64,000 nucleotides of DNA from an uncultured virus (IMG/VR IMGVR_UViG_3300020049_005154) (IMGVR_UViG_3300020049_005154), one strand, 5' to 3'; positions 31,474 through 41,367 are shown, counted from the stretch's first letter. Notes: generated from the letters alone by a model not told the origin. Made by a program: numbers and translations.

Positions 31474-31881
31474 TTAGGGGACGTAGTAGAGGATCGTAAC
31501 TCGCACTGATCCTGCCGTAGCTGTACTAAGGTTATGCGAAGCCGTAGCTGCCGCCCTAAGAGTACTGGCAGGCCAGATAAGACCGTTTCCGATAGCTACA
31601 CTACCTACCTGCGGACCTGTAGCTGTAAACACATCTAGGTCTGCTGTAAGAGAATCAGTATCTCCTACTGCGCCAAATTGAATATCGTAAGCGGAGATTG
31701 ATCCGCCTGTAAATTCAGTAAGGACATTGATAGCAAACCCTACAATAATGGCACCAGTAGGAATAGCTAGACCTGTATTGATTGTGTTAGTTGTAGCGGC
31801 TGTAGCAAAATCCGCGTAACCTAGAATAATGCTAGCTTGCAGTATACCGCCACTTGTCAGCGGATAGTCATTATCAAACAT
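31474..31881 (-). CDS. Small beta-sandwich structural-like protein
   Basis: A/T/G-rich (IPTGAIIVG...TAGSVRVTILY), resembling phage decoration or spike-base proteins. Confidence 0.55.
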   Translation of the reverse strand: MFDNDYPLTSGGILQASIILGYADFATAATTNTINTGLAIPTGAIIVGFAINVLTEFTGGSISAYDIQFGAVGDTDSLTADLDVFTATGPQVGSVAIGNGLIWPASTLRAAATASHNLSTATAGSVRVTILYYVP

Positions 31882-32410
31882 CTTCTTTATCCTTTGGTTT
31901 GATTATCTCGAAAGGTACATCTATCACATCTGGCGACTTGAACTTGTTAAGGAAATCCGCTACTAGCTTATCTGGTTGACTAGCTAGTAGCTTCTCCTCT
32001 TTCTTGGTTACTTGCTGAGTAACAGTAGTAGTAGTTGTAACTTTCTCTACATTACTTACTTCAGCTTTAACTGCCTTTGGCATGCGAGCTACTGGAGTAG
32101 AAATCTGTACTTTAGTGCCTAGAACTAAAGCTGCTGCTTTAATGTTGCCAGCTAATGCTTGTTTGCGCATACTTCCATTGATGCGCTCAATGATCCTATA
32201 CTCTAACGTCCAACAACATTGAGCATAGTTTTCATCTAGTTCTCTTGTAGCATTATGGCGCCTAATATCTACACAGGCTACGTCACATGCTGTATCCCAA
32301 TTAGGTCCATCGTCACTACTAAAATGGTTCTTCAGTAGCTCCTCCATGTTAAACAGCACATTTTGCTGTTCTTCTATGGATAAATTGCCTATGATGGTTA
32401 TTGGGTTCAT
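31874..32410 (-). CDS. Terminase small subunit-like protein
   Basis: SD AGGAG; HTH-like region followed by KQALAGNIKAAALVL; first gene of the late operon. Confidence 0.55.
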   Translation of the reverse strand: MNPITIIGNLSIEEQQNVLFNMEELLKNHFSSDDGPNWDTACDVACVDIRRHNATRELDENYAQCCWTLEYRIIERINGSMRKQALAGNIKAAALVLGTKVQISTPVARMPKAVKAEVSNVEKVTTTTTVTQQVTKKEEKLLASQPDKLVADFLNKFKSPDVIDVPFEIIKPKDKEDV

Positions 32411-32832
32411 CAGATTTCTCCTATTTAGCATGTAGAGAAATTCATGCCATTAGTGAATTATTGGTACGTAGCTGGTAGATATAGCTCTCCATTATATCTA
32501 ATGATTGTCAGTATGCCAAATTGTTTAGCATTCTTAGCTTCAATAGCTCTGATAGCATCTGACGATGCCGGTAAGGATTTCTCTTACCGATGTCACATAC
32601 TCTGTTGGTCGTCGTCGGCATGCCGCTGACGCTGCCGACTCCTCCAGACTATGTGACGGTTTTAAGGATAGCTGTTGATTTGTTAGCTTCTAACGTATCA
32701 ACGCTAACGCATACGCTTCAACTGTGCATCAAATCATCAACAACAAATGAATCAATGTCGCTATGCGACAAGTAAGGTGCTAGTCGCACATATCGAAGCA
32801 AACTGTTCTATCCCGCGAGCACGCGCGAGGCG

Positions 32833-32861
32833 AATAGACAACAGAACCCTGTTCCTGTCAA
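32833..32861 (-). promoter_or_regulatory. Sigma70-like promoter for the late operon
   Basis: TTGACA-17 bp-TCTATT on the minus strand with an upstream A-tract. Confidence 0.55.
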
Positions 32862-33025
32862 TGGGAATTTTTTGGGCATCTACAGCACTGATTTTCCTGG
32901 ACTTGACTTCTCTCGAAACGGAGAGGAATTGACTGATCTGGGCTCCCGCGTTCGTGAAATTACTGTGAAACCTTGTCACAGTTGAACGGTCAATCAAGGG
33001 TCAAAATAGCACACGAAAATACCTC

Positions 33026-33054
33026 TTGACGCCTAGGCGGGTCTGTGCTTGGCT
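33026..33054 (+). promoter_or_regulatory. Possible promoter for the ncRNA/tRNA operon
   Basis: TTGACG with an upstream A-tract, but only a weak -10 (TG-n-TTGGCT). Confidence 0.35.
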
Positions 33055-33067
33055 TCAATCAAGCTAT

Positions 33068-33198
33068 GCAGATAGCTAGCAACAGTACGCAACGGACAAG
33101 GCTTAGGCCACGTAAGAGACGGTTACAGTGAAACCTGTGGCCGTACACAGCAATCGTGGATGGGTAGTGAGTGGTTGACCGGTACTGTTGCTTACTGC
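33068..33198 (+). ncRNA. Putative rod-shaped ncRNA abutting the tRNA-Gln 5' end
   Basis: Nested stems 33078-88/33182-92 (11 bp), 33108-12/33155-59 and 33119-28/33135-44 (with G-U pairs), capped by a TGAAAC loop. Confidence 0.6.
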
Positions 33199-33273
33199 TG
33201 AGAGGTAGCCAAGAAGTAAGGCGCTGGACTTTGGACCCAGCTATCGTTGGCTCGACTCCAACCCTCTCAGCCA
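33199..33273 (+). tRNA. tRNA-Gln (anticodon TTG), CCA encoded
   Basis: Acceptor TGAGAGG/CCTCTCA+GCCA, anticodon arm CTGGA-CTTTGGA-CCCAG, T arm GTTGG-CTCGACT-CCAAC. Confidence 0.9.
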
Positions 33274-33435
33274 AATCTTCAAGGGCGTATCTAGTTAAGG
33301 TTGGTCGCTTAGCTAGATTGCGATGCAAGGCAAGTCCCCTCCTTGGCCCGGTATGGGGACAATCTTCAAGGGTCCGCGCCTACCTCCTCCTCGGCGGCTC
33401 TATCGCAAGCATCCTACTTGTGGCCCGTATAGGAT
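33274..33435 (+). ncRNA. Two tandem three-way-junction plus pseudoknot RNA units
   Basis: Both units start with AATCTTCAAGGG (33274, 33361) and show covarying P1, P3 and loop-to-3' pairings. Confidence 0.55.
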
Positions 33436-33439
33436 AGAT

Positions 33440-33474
33440 AAACACCCCCGGATCACTCCGGGGGTGTTTGTTTT
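33440..33474. terminator. Bidirectional intrinsic terminator
   Basis: Perfect 13-bp stem AAACACCCCCGGA-TCAC-TCCGGGGGTGTTT, followed by GTTTT, between convergent units. Confidence 0.85.
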
Positions 33475-33700
33475 ACTTCCTTGGTAGGGCTGCTCTTACA
33501 GCACAATCCTTAGCTTCTAGTAGCTTCCGTAAACACCAATAGGTTTCAGCGTCTTCGATGTCGTTACCAGCATTCTTAGCTACGCTACAAGCTAGCTCAC
33601 AGAACGGCTTACTGATAGCCTGGAGCTTACTAGGTAGATGCTCGTATGCGAAGAATTGCAGGATCGGGTAAGTCTCTAACAGTTGAGCGTCGATCGACAT
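33473..33700 (-). CDS. Small helical-hairpin phage protein (possible Acb2/Tad1-like nucleotide sponge)
   Basis: FFAYEHLP..LQ.ISKPF.ELA...E....LRKLLEAKDCAVRA is a widespread phage motif; the sponge assignment is inference. Confidence 0.6.
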   Translation of the reverse strand: MSIDAQLLETYPILQFFAYEHLPSKLQAISKPFCELACSVAKNAGNDIEDAETYWCLRKLLEAKDCAVRAALPRK

Positions 33701-36700
33701 TATCGAAGCCTATCATTCAGTTTAGAGAGGTCAACCCTAACCTCTTGTAGCCTATCTAGAATCTTCCTAATCTTGCTGTCGATAGGGCTATTAGCGGCGG
33801 GAGTACCGCATACTTGTTCTTGTGGCCTAGCTGGAGTATCGTTGAACAGCTTATGTTCGATACTAGCCGAATATCCTTCAATCTCTGATAGATTCTGGGG
33901 GATGAGATCTAGAGTAACGTCAACGGTCTGCGGGCCTTGTGTTGGCGGCAGTGTTGACGGAGGTCCAAAATGCGTCATGCTAGTTATTCCTTTGTGGTGA
34001 GCTTGAATAGCTCTATTTGGTCCTTAATTCCATACTTCTTCCAGATTGCGTACAAGCTACTGCCCTTCTGCATCTTCACTGTGCTACCATCTTCGTAATA
34101 GAAAACCTCCTTTATCAGAGAATAGCGGCTAGCTCCTCCAAGTACCATCTCACTTAGCTTAATGATGGACTCTTGGCTGAGCTTCTTACTGTTAGGGTGG
34201 TGAGCTACTCTATTGTTGCCAGACATTAGTAGTCTTCTGCTGGAGGGTGGGTGTAGTCAATCTTATTAGGTGTATTCCACGTAAACTTAGGATTGCCGCT
34301 TTCATCAGAGGTATATCTACCTACCTTTACTCTTGCTGCCTCCTTCTGAATATCCTCTTTGCCCCAATTACGGCCCTCGCCACAGCTTATAGCACATGAT
34401 ATAGCCCATAGGACGACAAAAAAGAGTGTTATTGCTGCCCTAGCTTCGTTATCCATATCAGTACTTCCTTTCGTGGTGCGTAAAGTTGTCTCATTGCTGC
34501 CAGTTTGATGCCTGAGCACTGCGCCAGATTGTCACAGTAAAGCCCACTTTCCTAGTGTTTTCCTGGGTTGCCAGATCGGCGCTAGTGCTCCAAGTCTTCT
34601 AGCCTGAATAGCTTGGTTTCTATCTTAGCGCAATTGTTGTGCATGTAGCACATAAACTCAGCATCGAATTGTGAGCTTACGTAAGCTACAGGCGCGCTGC
34701 CACAATAGACCCTGTAATTGCTGCCATCTACTCTGTATTCCCAATCGCCTAGAGTAGAGGCATTGTATAGGCTATTAAGCACTTCCGCAGTAGGTGCTCT
34801 CTTTTCAAAGGGGTTCATTTCCTGTAGCCTTTCTTAGCTAGTCGCTCTACTGGTCTAATTGCCTTCTTCAACGCTTCGTACATGTGGTTAAGTGAGGCTG
34901 CCTTAGCCATATCGGTATTGCTGTATGGCTTAGTCTTTCCTAGGCAGTCTAGTTCCATGTTAGCATACCTTAGTGTGATTTTGCCGAAAGCTGTAGTGCA
35001 GTCTGGCTTGCCCCACACATAGGCTCTAATGTAGCATAGTCCTCCTAGGTGGGCATCTAGGTATTCTACTCCTTCTTCATCTAGGGATTGTTTCCACATG
35101 GCGGCTCCGCTAGGGTACTAAGTTTCTGTAGCAGTGTAACAACATTAGCAATACCTTCTCGGCAGACACAACAAGCTCCCCCGAAGGTAGAGCTTTCCTT
35201 TAGCTTGATCTGGCAGATACCTGTAATAGTATCCCCCATGATAAAGATGCTGTTGAAGTACCTATTGCTCTTGTACTCTACAACGTGCATGATGATTTCA
35301 ATACCATGCTCGGATACAGTAGCATTGTAAACGCTAGCGCCGTCTTCACTGATACTGTCTGACTTAACCCAGTTGCCTACCTTTAGACCCTGGCTCTTGT
35401 AGGCCGGAGCCTTCTCTGATGCCGATGTGGGCCTATTCTGGTGGATGGGTTGTGGCGGTCTAGGTTCGGGCTGTGTGACCTTCCTAGGGGCTGTCTGTGC
35501 CGGTGCGGGAGGCTTGATAGGAGGAGCGGGGAATGATCCTGTACCTGCCTTGCCTTGCGCAACCGTAGCGGGCAATGTAAACGTAGGCTTAACCACTGTA
35601 GGCGTAGCTACAGGATGGCTCTTGATTACGGTAGGGCCAATAGCCCCAATGCTGAATAAAGGCTTAGCTTCTTCCTTCTTAGGCTCTGGCAGCTTAATAG
35701 AGGGCAGATCAATCTTGAACACTATTCGATCCTCTCTTTAAGCTTTAGCTCTTCCAAAGCCTTATAGGTAGCTTCAATTCTAGCTAGGCAGGCTTCGTAC
35801 CCCATCTCCATACCTCTAAGGATGTAGGCTTCATCTACATCAGCTAGCGTAATGTTAGCCTCTTCGCAATCCTTGCGAGTAGTATTATCGAACACCTTAC
35901 GGCAATACTCTTCGATACCTTCTTTACAGACTTCAATCGTCTTTTCCACGGGCTAGCCTTTCTAGTGTATTGGTTAACCTAGCTGAGAATGTTTCAAAGC
36001 AATCTTTGCACCTGATGGGCTGCTTAGATACTTCATAGGGTGGTTGCTTCCTACAGTCACAACAGGCTCTAGCTGGCAGCAGCTTAATCTCCTGGTTCTT
36101 GTAGTACTCAGTTATTTCCTTCTTAGTGCCCTGCCTGTGGCAGATAGATACGTACACCGACCTGCCTCTACGTAGTTGCACTAGATACCATTTCATTTGT
36201 GCTCCTCGAATACTGCTAGCTGTCCTTGTGCTTCTTTGAGTAGCCCCTTAAGCCAGGATAACCCATGTTCTCTAGCTGATAGGTGATTCTCTGTAGTTCC
36301 TTCAGCTAGGATAGTCTTCTTACCTGTAACGTCCACTACGGTAAGTACCCATTCATTGCCAGCTACATGAATCTTGAAGTTACCTAGAGTAAGGGAGGAT
36401 ATATCCCCTTCTGTGAGCCATTTCTTGACTACTGGATCAGATTTGTGTTTCATTTGGGGTATCCTTGCAGAAGGCTATCATAGCTCGCTTATCTTCTTCG
36501 CACTGCGGACGAAGATGCACACCGTACACTCCACCGAACACTACAAACTTGATTCTATCCCATAGTTTGAACTTAAGGGTAGTGTTGATGAAAGGATCAG
36601 GTACTTCAGTTACTCCTACCACTATATTGTTCCAAGTAGTGATTACGTTGAATTTCATAGCCGGATTCCTTTAGTAGCTTCAGCCATACTTGCCATTCCT

Positions 36701-37127
36701 GGTAGGCTTCTTAGTAGCGAATGATTCACGCCTACGGTTGGCCTTAGCCTTTGCGTTACCTTCTGCTCTTAGCTCTTGCAGTATACCAAATGCCCTACTG
36801 CACTCCATGTTCCATTTAATGCTAGCTTCCTCGGCTTCTACCCATAACTCTTCACAACGCTTATGGTATCTAGTAGCGGCAGCTAGCTTACTGGCGCTCC
36901 ATTCCTCCTTGAACGTACCTACTCCGCTATATCGGCCTAGGCTAGTACAGATAGCGCGTGTGCTAGTAAATAGGTCTAGCATCATCTTAGGGCAGTCAGT
37001 AACAGTACACTCCTCCAACTCCCCTGTGCGTAGACTGTACCTATACCACACGCTGCCGATAGCTAGTGTAGTCTTGCTACAGCCTACAGGATCGCTAGTA
37101 TGGTTGTTCTTATCTGTAACCTTAGCT

Positions 37128-37307
37128 TTACGTGTCCTCATCTTCATCATCCTCCGATAGAAGTTCTTCATCATCTTCGATATGTGCATCGTTCCACCCG
37201 CTCTGCCATTCATCAAAGTCAGCAGTGGTGTTAGCATAAGGATTACTGCTAAACTCCACATTATCGAAATAAGCTTGCCAGCCTTCATTGTATGGATCGT
37301 TAGTCAT
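37128..37307 (-). CDS. Rmf/CrpP-like small protein with an acidic tail (59 aa, absent from the ORF track)
   Basis: MTNDPYNEGWQAYFDNVEFSSNPYANTTADFDEWQSGWNDAHIEDDEELLSEDDEDEDT fits the Y..G..A....(C/N)PY......W..GW..A pattern. Confidence 0.65.
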   Translation of the reverse strand: MTNDPYNEGWQAYFDNVEFSSNPYANTTADFDEWQSGWNDAHIEDDEELLSEDDEDEDT

Positions 37308-37919
37308 GGCGACCGCTCCAATCTATGTGCATACAGCTGCCGGAGAATTTTACCCTATACCCTGCTTCAGTTAGTGTCTCGCAAACATCCCACATACTAG
37401 CCTTGTTGATAGGCCCAGCGTATATTGATGAGGGTATATCTACAATAATTATAGACTGAAGGCCCCTGTTTGCCCATTCCCTAATCATACTATCAAGGTA
37501 GTCTAACAGCCTATTATTCCTATCTTCCTTAGTAGTTGCTAACTCTAAAGCTTCTTTAGCGGTAATCATTTCGACCCCCCGAAATGAATTAGCATAACGT
37601 CATCCCTATATTGTACCCTGTACCCCAAGCTTTCCAACTTTACGCCAATATCCGCATGAAACTCACTATCTGTGAATTTACTGTATCGTCCATGCAGGGC
37701 TGCTGTGAAAAGCCCTACAGTATCACTTCCGCGTGTAGCAAAATATCTAATACTGGCATCCAGGAAATCAAGTATACTAGCTACCGTAATATCCTTTTTA
37801 GACATCCTAGGCGCATTAGGGTCTTTAAAGTCATTCTTAATGGCGTTCATCATAATAGCATCGCGCTCTCCCGGTGTAAGCAGTTCCCTTAGTTCTAAAG
37901 CTTCTTTAGCGGTAATCAT
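37300..37919 (-). repeat. Tandem paralogous genes 37566-37919 and 37300-37569, both starting MITAKEALEL
   Basis: Identical TCTAAAGCTTCTTTAGCGGTAATCAT at both 5' ends, and a shared LD.LD..IR..A.RG...L...GYRV pattern. Confidence 0.85.
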
Positions 37920-39021
37920 AGCATCTTCTTTCGTGTCTTGTCGATTAGTCGTTGAATCCTATCTCTCTCAGCCGTTAGTTGCTCAATCCTACCTGCAAAC
38001 ACTTCTTCCTCTGTCCTGAAGTACCGCATATGAAACTCATTAGCGTATACGTTAACAGTGTAATCAGGGCGATCATCCCTGAGTACGATGGTATCATATC
38101 GTTCAGAGGGGTATATCTTCACCACCTGGACTACTTCACTCCTCCTAACAATGCAGTTCCTATCAAGACCAAACCAGATACTACCCACATCAGGCAGTAC
38201 TGGCTTAGTCCCATACTTGTCTTCATCGCTTGGTTCCATCTCTGTATCCTTTGGGTATTGCATCTCGTATAGCTTAGCATACCTATCTGCAAAGTATTTA
38301 GCTATCGTACTATCTGTTTTAATCTTTTGTTCTGGACTCATCATCTTCTTCATCCTTAATGAGTTCCATCTGTTCCTTAGCCTTCATCTTCTCTATCTTC
38401 TTCAATTCATCTACCTTCCTTAATCTATGTCGTCCTAGGTTCTTGTTCTTAGGCGGTACAGCATCCATCTTACGTCGTTCCATAACTCACCCCTTAGCAA
38501 TGAGTCTGTACCCTACGTACAGAATAATCATCAGCACTACAGCATGTACGTACCAGTCGAAGTACTTGAATACGTAATCTACCATCTTACCCTTCATTAT
38601 CTCCTTAAACCTTGCTACAGTCATCGTTAGCTCCTTCTGTGGTAAACCCAGTAATACCTAATGCTCTCATTACTTCCGGGCTATTAGATTTACCCGCATT
38701 AAAGAACTCTAACCTACCATTAACTATCTTGATATACAGAGATACCTCACTATCCGCGAAGTCTATAGCTACAACATCTCTGTCTGGCTGAAGTCTATTG
38801 ATATGTTCAACAGACTTACCGATGAATGCTTTAATCGTCATGCCTTCCATCTTCATATCCTCTAGGTAGCTTCAACTCACCTTCCCGATCACCCTCTCAC
38901 ACCTACCCACCACAGGGCAAGGGGAATCGTAAGCCCTCATCCCACTGATTTCATTGCACTTACGAAAATAATCCATACCATTCTACCCTGAAGGTCAGCA
39001 ATACAAGAGCCACGCCGCCCA

Positions 39022-39454
39022 GTAAAAGCTAAAACCGGACCCTGGAGGGGGGTAAATCCACTCCATCTTTAATAGGAAGCCACTACTAGCATACCTTTTA
39101 CCTGTATCCACCGCATAAACCATATCAAATTACCTATATTCTCGTTACACCTGTATGAAAATCACCCCGTAAAAGCTAAAAGTGGACTCCCAAGAGGGGG
39201 TAAACCCCTTAAAATTCCATGCGGATACCCATTTTCATGTAATAGTATAGCATTTAAGTGCATTTTCAGCTAAACTCATGGAATTTTAAGGGGTTTGGAG
39301 TAACAGTGAAGGGGAGCCCCTAGGGAAATCCACTCCCATATCCTGTTACTGGGTGCTAATAGAGAGGTTTAAGGGGTATTGGGTACGTACAGAGTTGATT
39401 CGTTACGTAGTATTGCATAATCCGTTACGTAGAGAGTTGATCCGTTACGTAGTA
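39022..39454. repeat. Direct and inverted repeat cluster
   Basis: GTAAAAGCTAAAA...GAGGGGG(G)TAAA twice (39022, 39169); perfect 20-bp inverted repeat 39202-21/39277-96; CGTTACGTAG three times in 39391-39454. Confidence 0.85.
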
Positions 39455-39697
39455 ACATACACTGGCCTACTAAAAAATTTTGGAAAAATTTGCTATACTC
39501 GCAATAAAGACCGGAGGTTACAATATAGGGTCAACTAGCTTGCGCCGGAAACCCAAAGGGCAAAGGGAGCGTGCAAATGAACCGTGGTGGGGTGCCTAAT
39601 CTAATCACCACTAGAGATAATGGTGAAACCTAATTAGGATAGCTGGAGCGGTTTTGCTTATCTTATATATGCTAACACGTTTGGTATTATACAAATA

Positions 39698-39726
39698 ACC
39701 ATACAAATTGAGCACTATAATGTCAA
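39698..39726 (-). promoter_or_regulatory. Strong sigma70-like leftward promoter
   Basis: TTGACA-17 bp-TATGGT in an AT-rich context. Confidence 0.7.
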
Positions 39727-39782
39727 GCAATTTACCTTGATGCACAGAAAATGTGCAGTGCACAAAAACAGTGCAGTCATGG

Positions 39783-39907
39783 TGTGCGGATTTCCGCACA
39801 ATCCCAACCCTTCCCTTTTTGTGTAAGGATTTACCTAATTCCATGCGGATTTCCGCACAGTGTAATCACTTACCCAAATTGCACACCTTGTGTGCGGAAA
39901 TCCGCAC
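39783..39907. promoter_or_regulatory. Three palindromic operator-like sites TGTGCGGAWWTCCGCACA
   Basis: Copies at 39783-39800, 39844-39859 and 39891-39907 (third copy inverted). Confidence 0.75.
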
Positions 39908-40537
39908 TAACTCCTGGCGCGTGGTTCCCGCTCCCTTGATCGTCTCCCCCTCTTGCAGCCTGTCCCGAGTCCATCCCTAGTCGCTCGCATCAACTCCCCG
40001 GATGCGAAACTAGCCTTTCCCTGTGCCCTCCCTTGCCCGTTCTCCCCTCTAGTGCTGTCACTCATGCCTTGCGCATCGAAACGCCTAGGAATCGCCTAGA
40101 ATCACGTTTCCCGCTTGTGCCCTATCTTTTCTTGCTTGATGCATCAATTTACTTTATGGATGCTTGACGCTATTAGGGTTAAGGCATGACGATTCCCCTT
40201 GCCCTTTGAAGGCATTAGGTGTCCTATCCCCGCAAGCATAGCGTATGATCAAAGTAAAGTATCGCTAGGCTACGGTTTAGGTTCCAGACTTCGACCGTTG
40301 CTCTTTGACATTTAGCCTTTCGCGCTTCGCCCGCCGCACGGATGCACGCGGCACGGGCGGATTGGGGACTCTTTAGACCCCTTGCGATTGGTGACGATAG
40401 CTTTACAGGTCAACCCTTGGACTTGATGCCTTGACGGTCAATCAAGGTATGAAGTCTTAGGGTTGACCTAAGAGACTAGTTAAGTGTGAGAACGCTTGAC
40501 AGTCATTCTCCCGCTTATAGCGGAAAGGACTAGTATC

Positions 40538-41254
40538 ATGACAAACGCAACGGTTAACTCCAATAACGTCGTTGCTCAGGTTGAAGCGATGGAGCGTTCG
40601 GTTAATCCCGCCCGCACCATTGGTTCCCTTACTGGACGTGTCAACGCTACGGGGCTTGGCTTCAAGGCTGATTCCCGCATCGGAGACTCGGCAGTGTTCG
40701 GAGCGTTGGACTCGGCACGCGAACGCTATGCGATGGAATTCCGTTCCATTCATGGTGCGGACGTTCCCGACGAAATCATCGCCTCGAATTGGGCAATGGC
40801 GGTTCGGGATAAGAGCAACAAGGCATTCTACCCTGTTGCTCAGGCTAGAGCCGTCGATGAAGCTATCGCGGCCAAGGCTGTCAATGCATCGGATGATCCC
40901 AATACCCCTACTGGAAAGGTTAGCGTTTTCAATCGCTTGAATAAGGCGATTAAGACGCTCTTTCTGAAGGTGACGATTCAGGTCAACGGGAAGGATAAGC
41001 GGGTTACGGTTTCGCCCGCTGAATGGCTTCCACCGAATCACGCGAACGCTCTTCGCCCCCACTTCACGGCGATGAACCTTTCGATGGGTTCTGTCAATGC
41101 CCCTTCCGATATCGCGAAGGGGATGGACTTCGCGGAAGCGTTCTTGCTCGAATTCGACTCCCGTAGCAAGGAAATCCGCGAATGCGCAACGGCATTCAAG
41201 GAAACGGCTGAGGAGAAGGGGTATCTCCCCCTTGAAGGTTTCAACGCTGAATAA
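40538..41254 (+). CDS. First rightward (early) hypothetical protein
   Basis: SD GAAAGGA before MTNATV; strongly biased codons. Confidence 0.75.
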   Translation: MTNATVNSNNVVAQVEAMERSVNPARTIGSLTGRVNATGLGFKADSRIGDSAVFGALDSARERYAMEFRSIHGADVPDEIIASNWAMAVRDKSNKAFYPVAQARAVDEAIAAKAVNASDDPNTPTGKVSVFNRLNKAIKTLFLKVTIQVNGKDKRVTVSPAEWLPPNHANALRPHFTAMNLSMGSVNAPSDIAKGMDFAEAFLLEFDSRSKEIRECATAFKETAEEKGYLPLEGFNAE

Positions 41255-41367
41255 TCTAACGGGGTATGGGCTAGGGGAGTTTTCCCCTTGCCTTACGTTG
41301 GACCTGCAAGGCCGAAGCCGGACGCTTTCGCAAAGCAGTGCAATCCTACGAAAAGGAGTGCCTTCCA

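Larger units (their letters stand above)
33700..38856 (-). other. Cluster of about 18 small, tightly coupled hypothetical genes (e.g. 33700-33978, 33984-34226, 34582-34818, 34815-35099, 35081-35722, 35722-35949, 35933-36196, 36193-36453, 36437-36658, 36680-37141, 37916-38353, 38605-38856)
   Basis: Overlapping start/stop codons, SD motifs and a consistent strand. Confidence 0.7.

Noticed and set aside
33068..33198. SRP RNA or tmRNA
   Set aside because: It lacks the SRP domain IV motif, and has no tRNA-Ala-like ends or tag ORF.
33283..33440. Canonical HDV-like/theta ribozyme call
   Set aside because: The topology is partly similar, but no catalytic C in a J4/2 position and no consistent P1.1 in both units; kept as an unknown motif instead.
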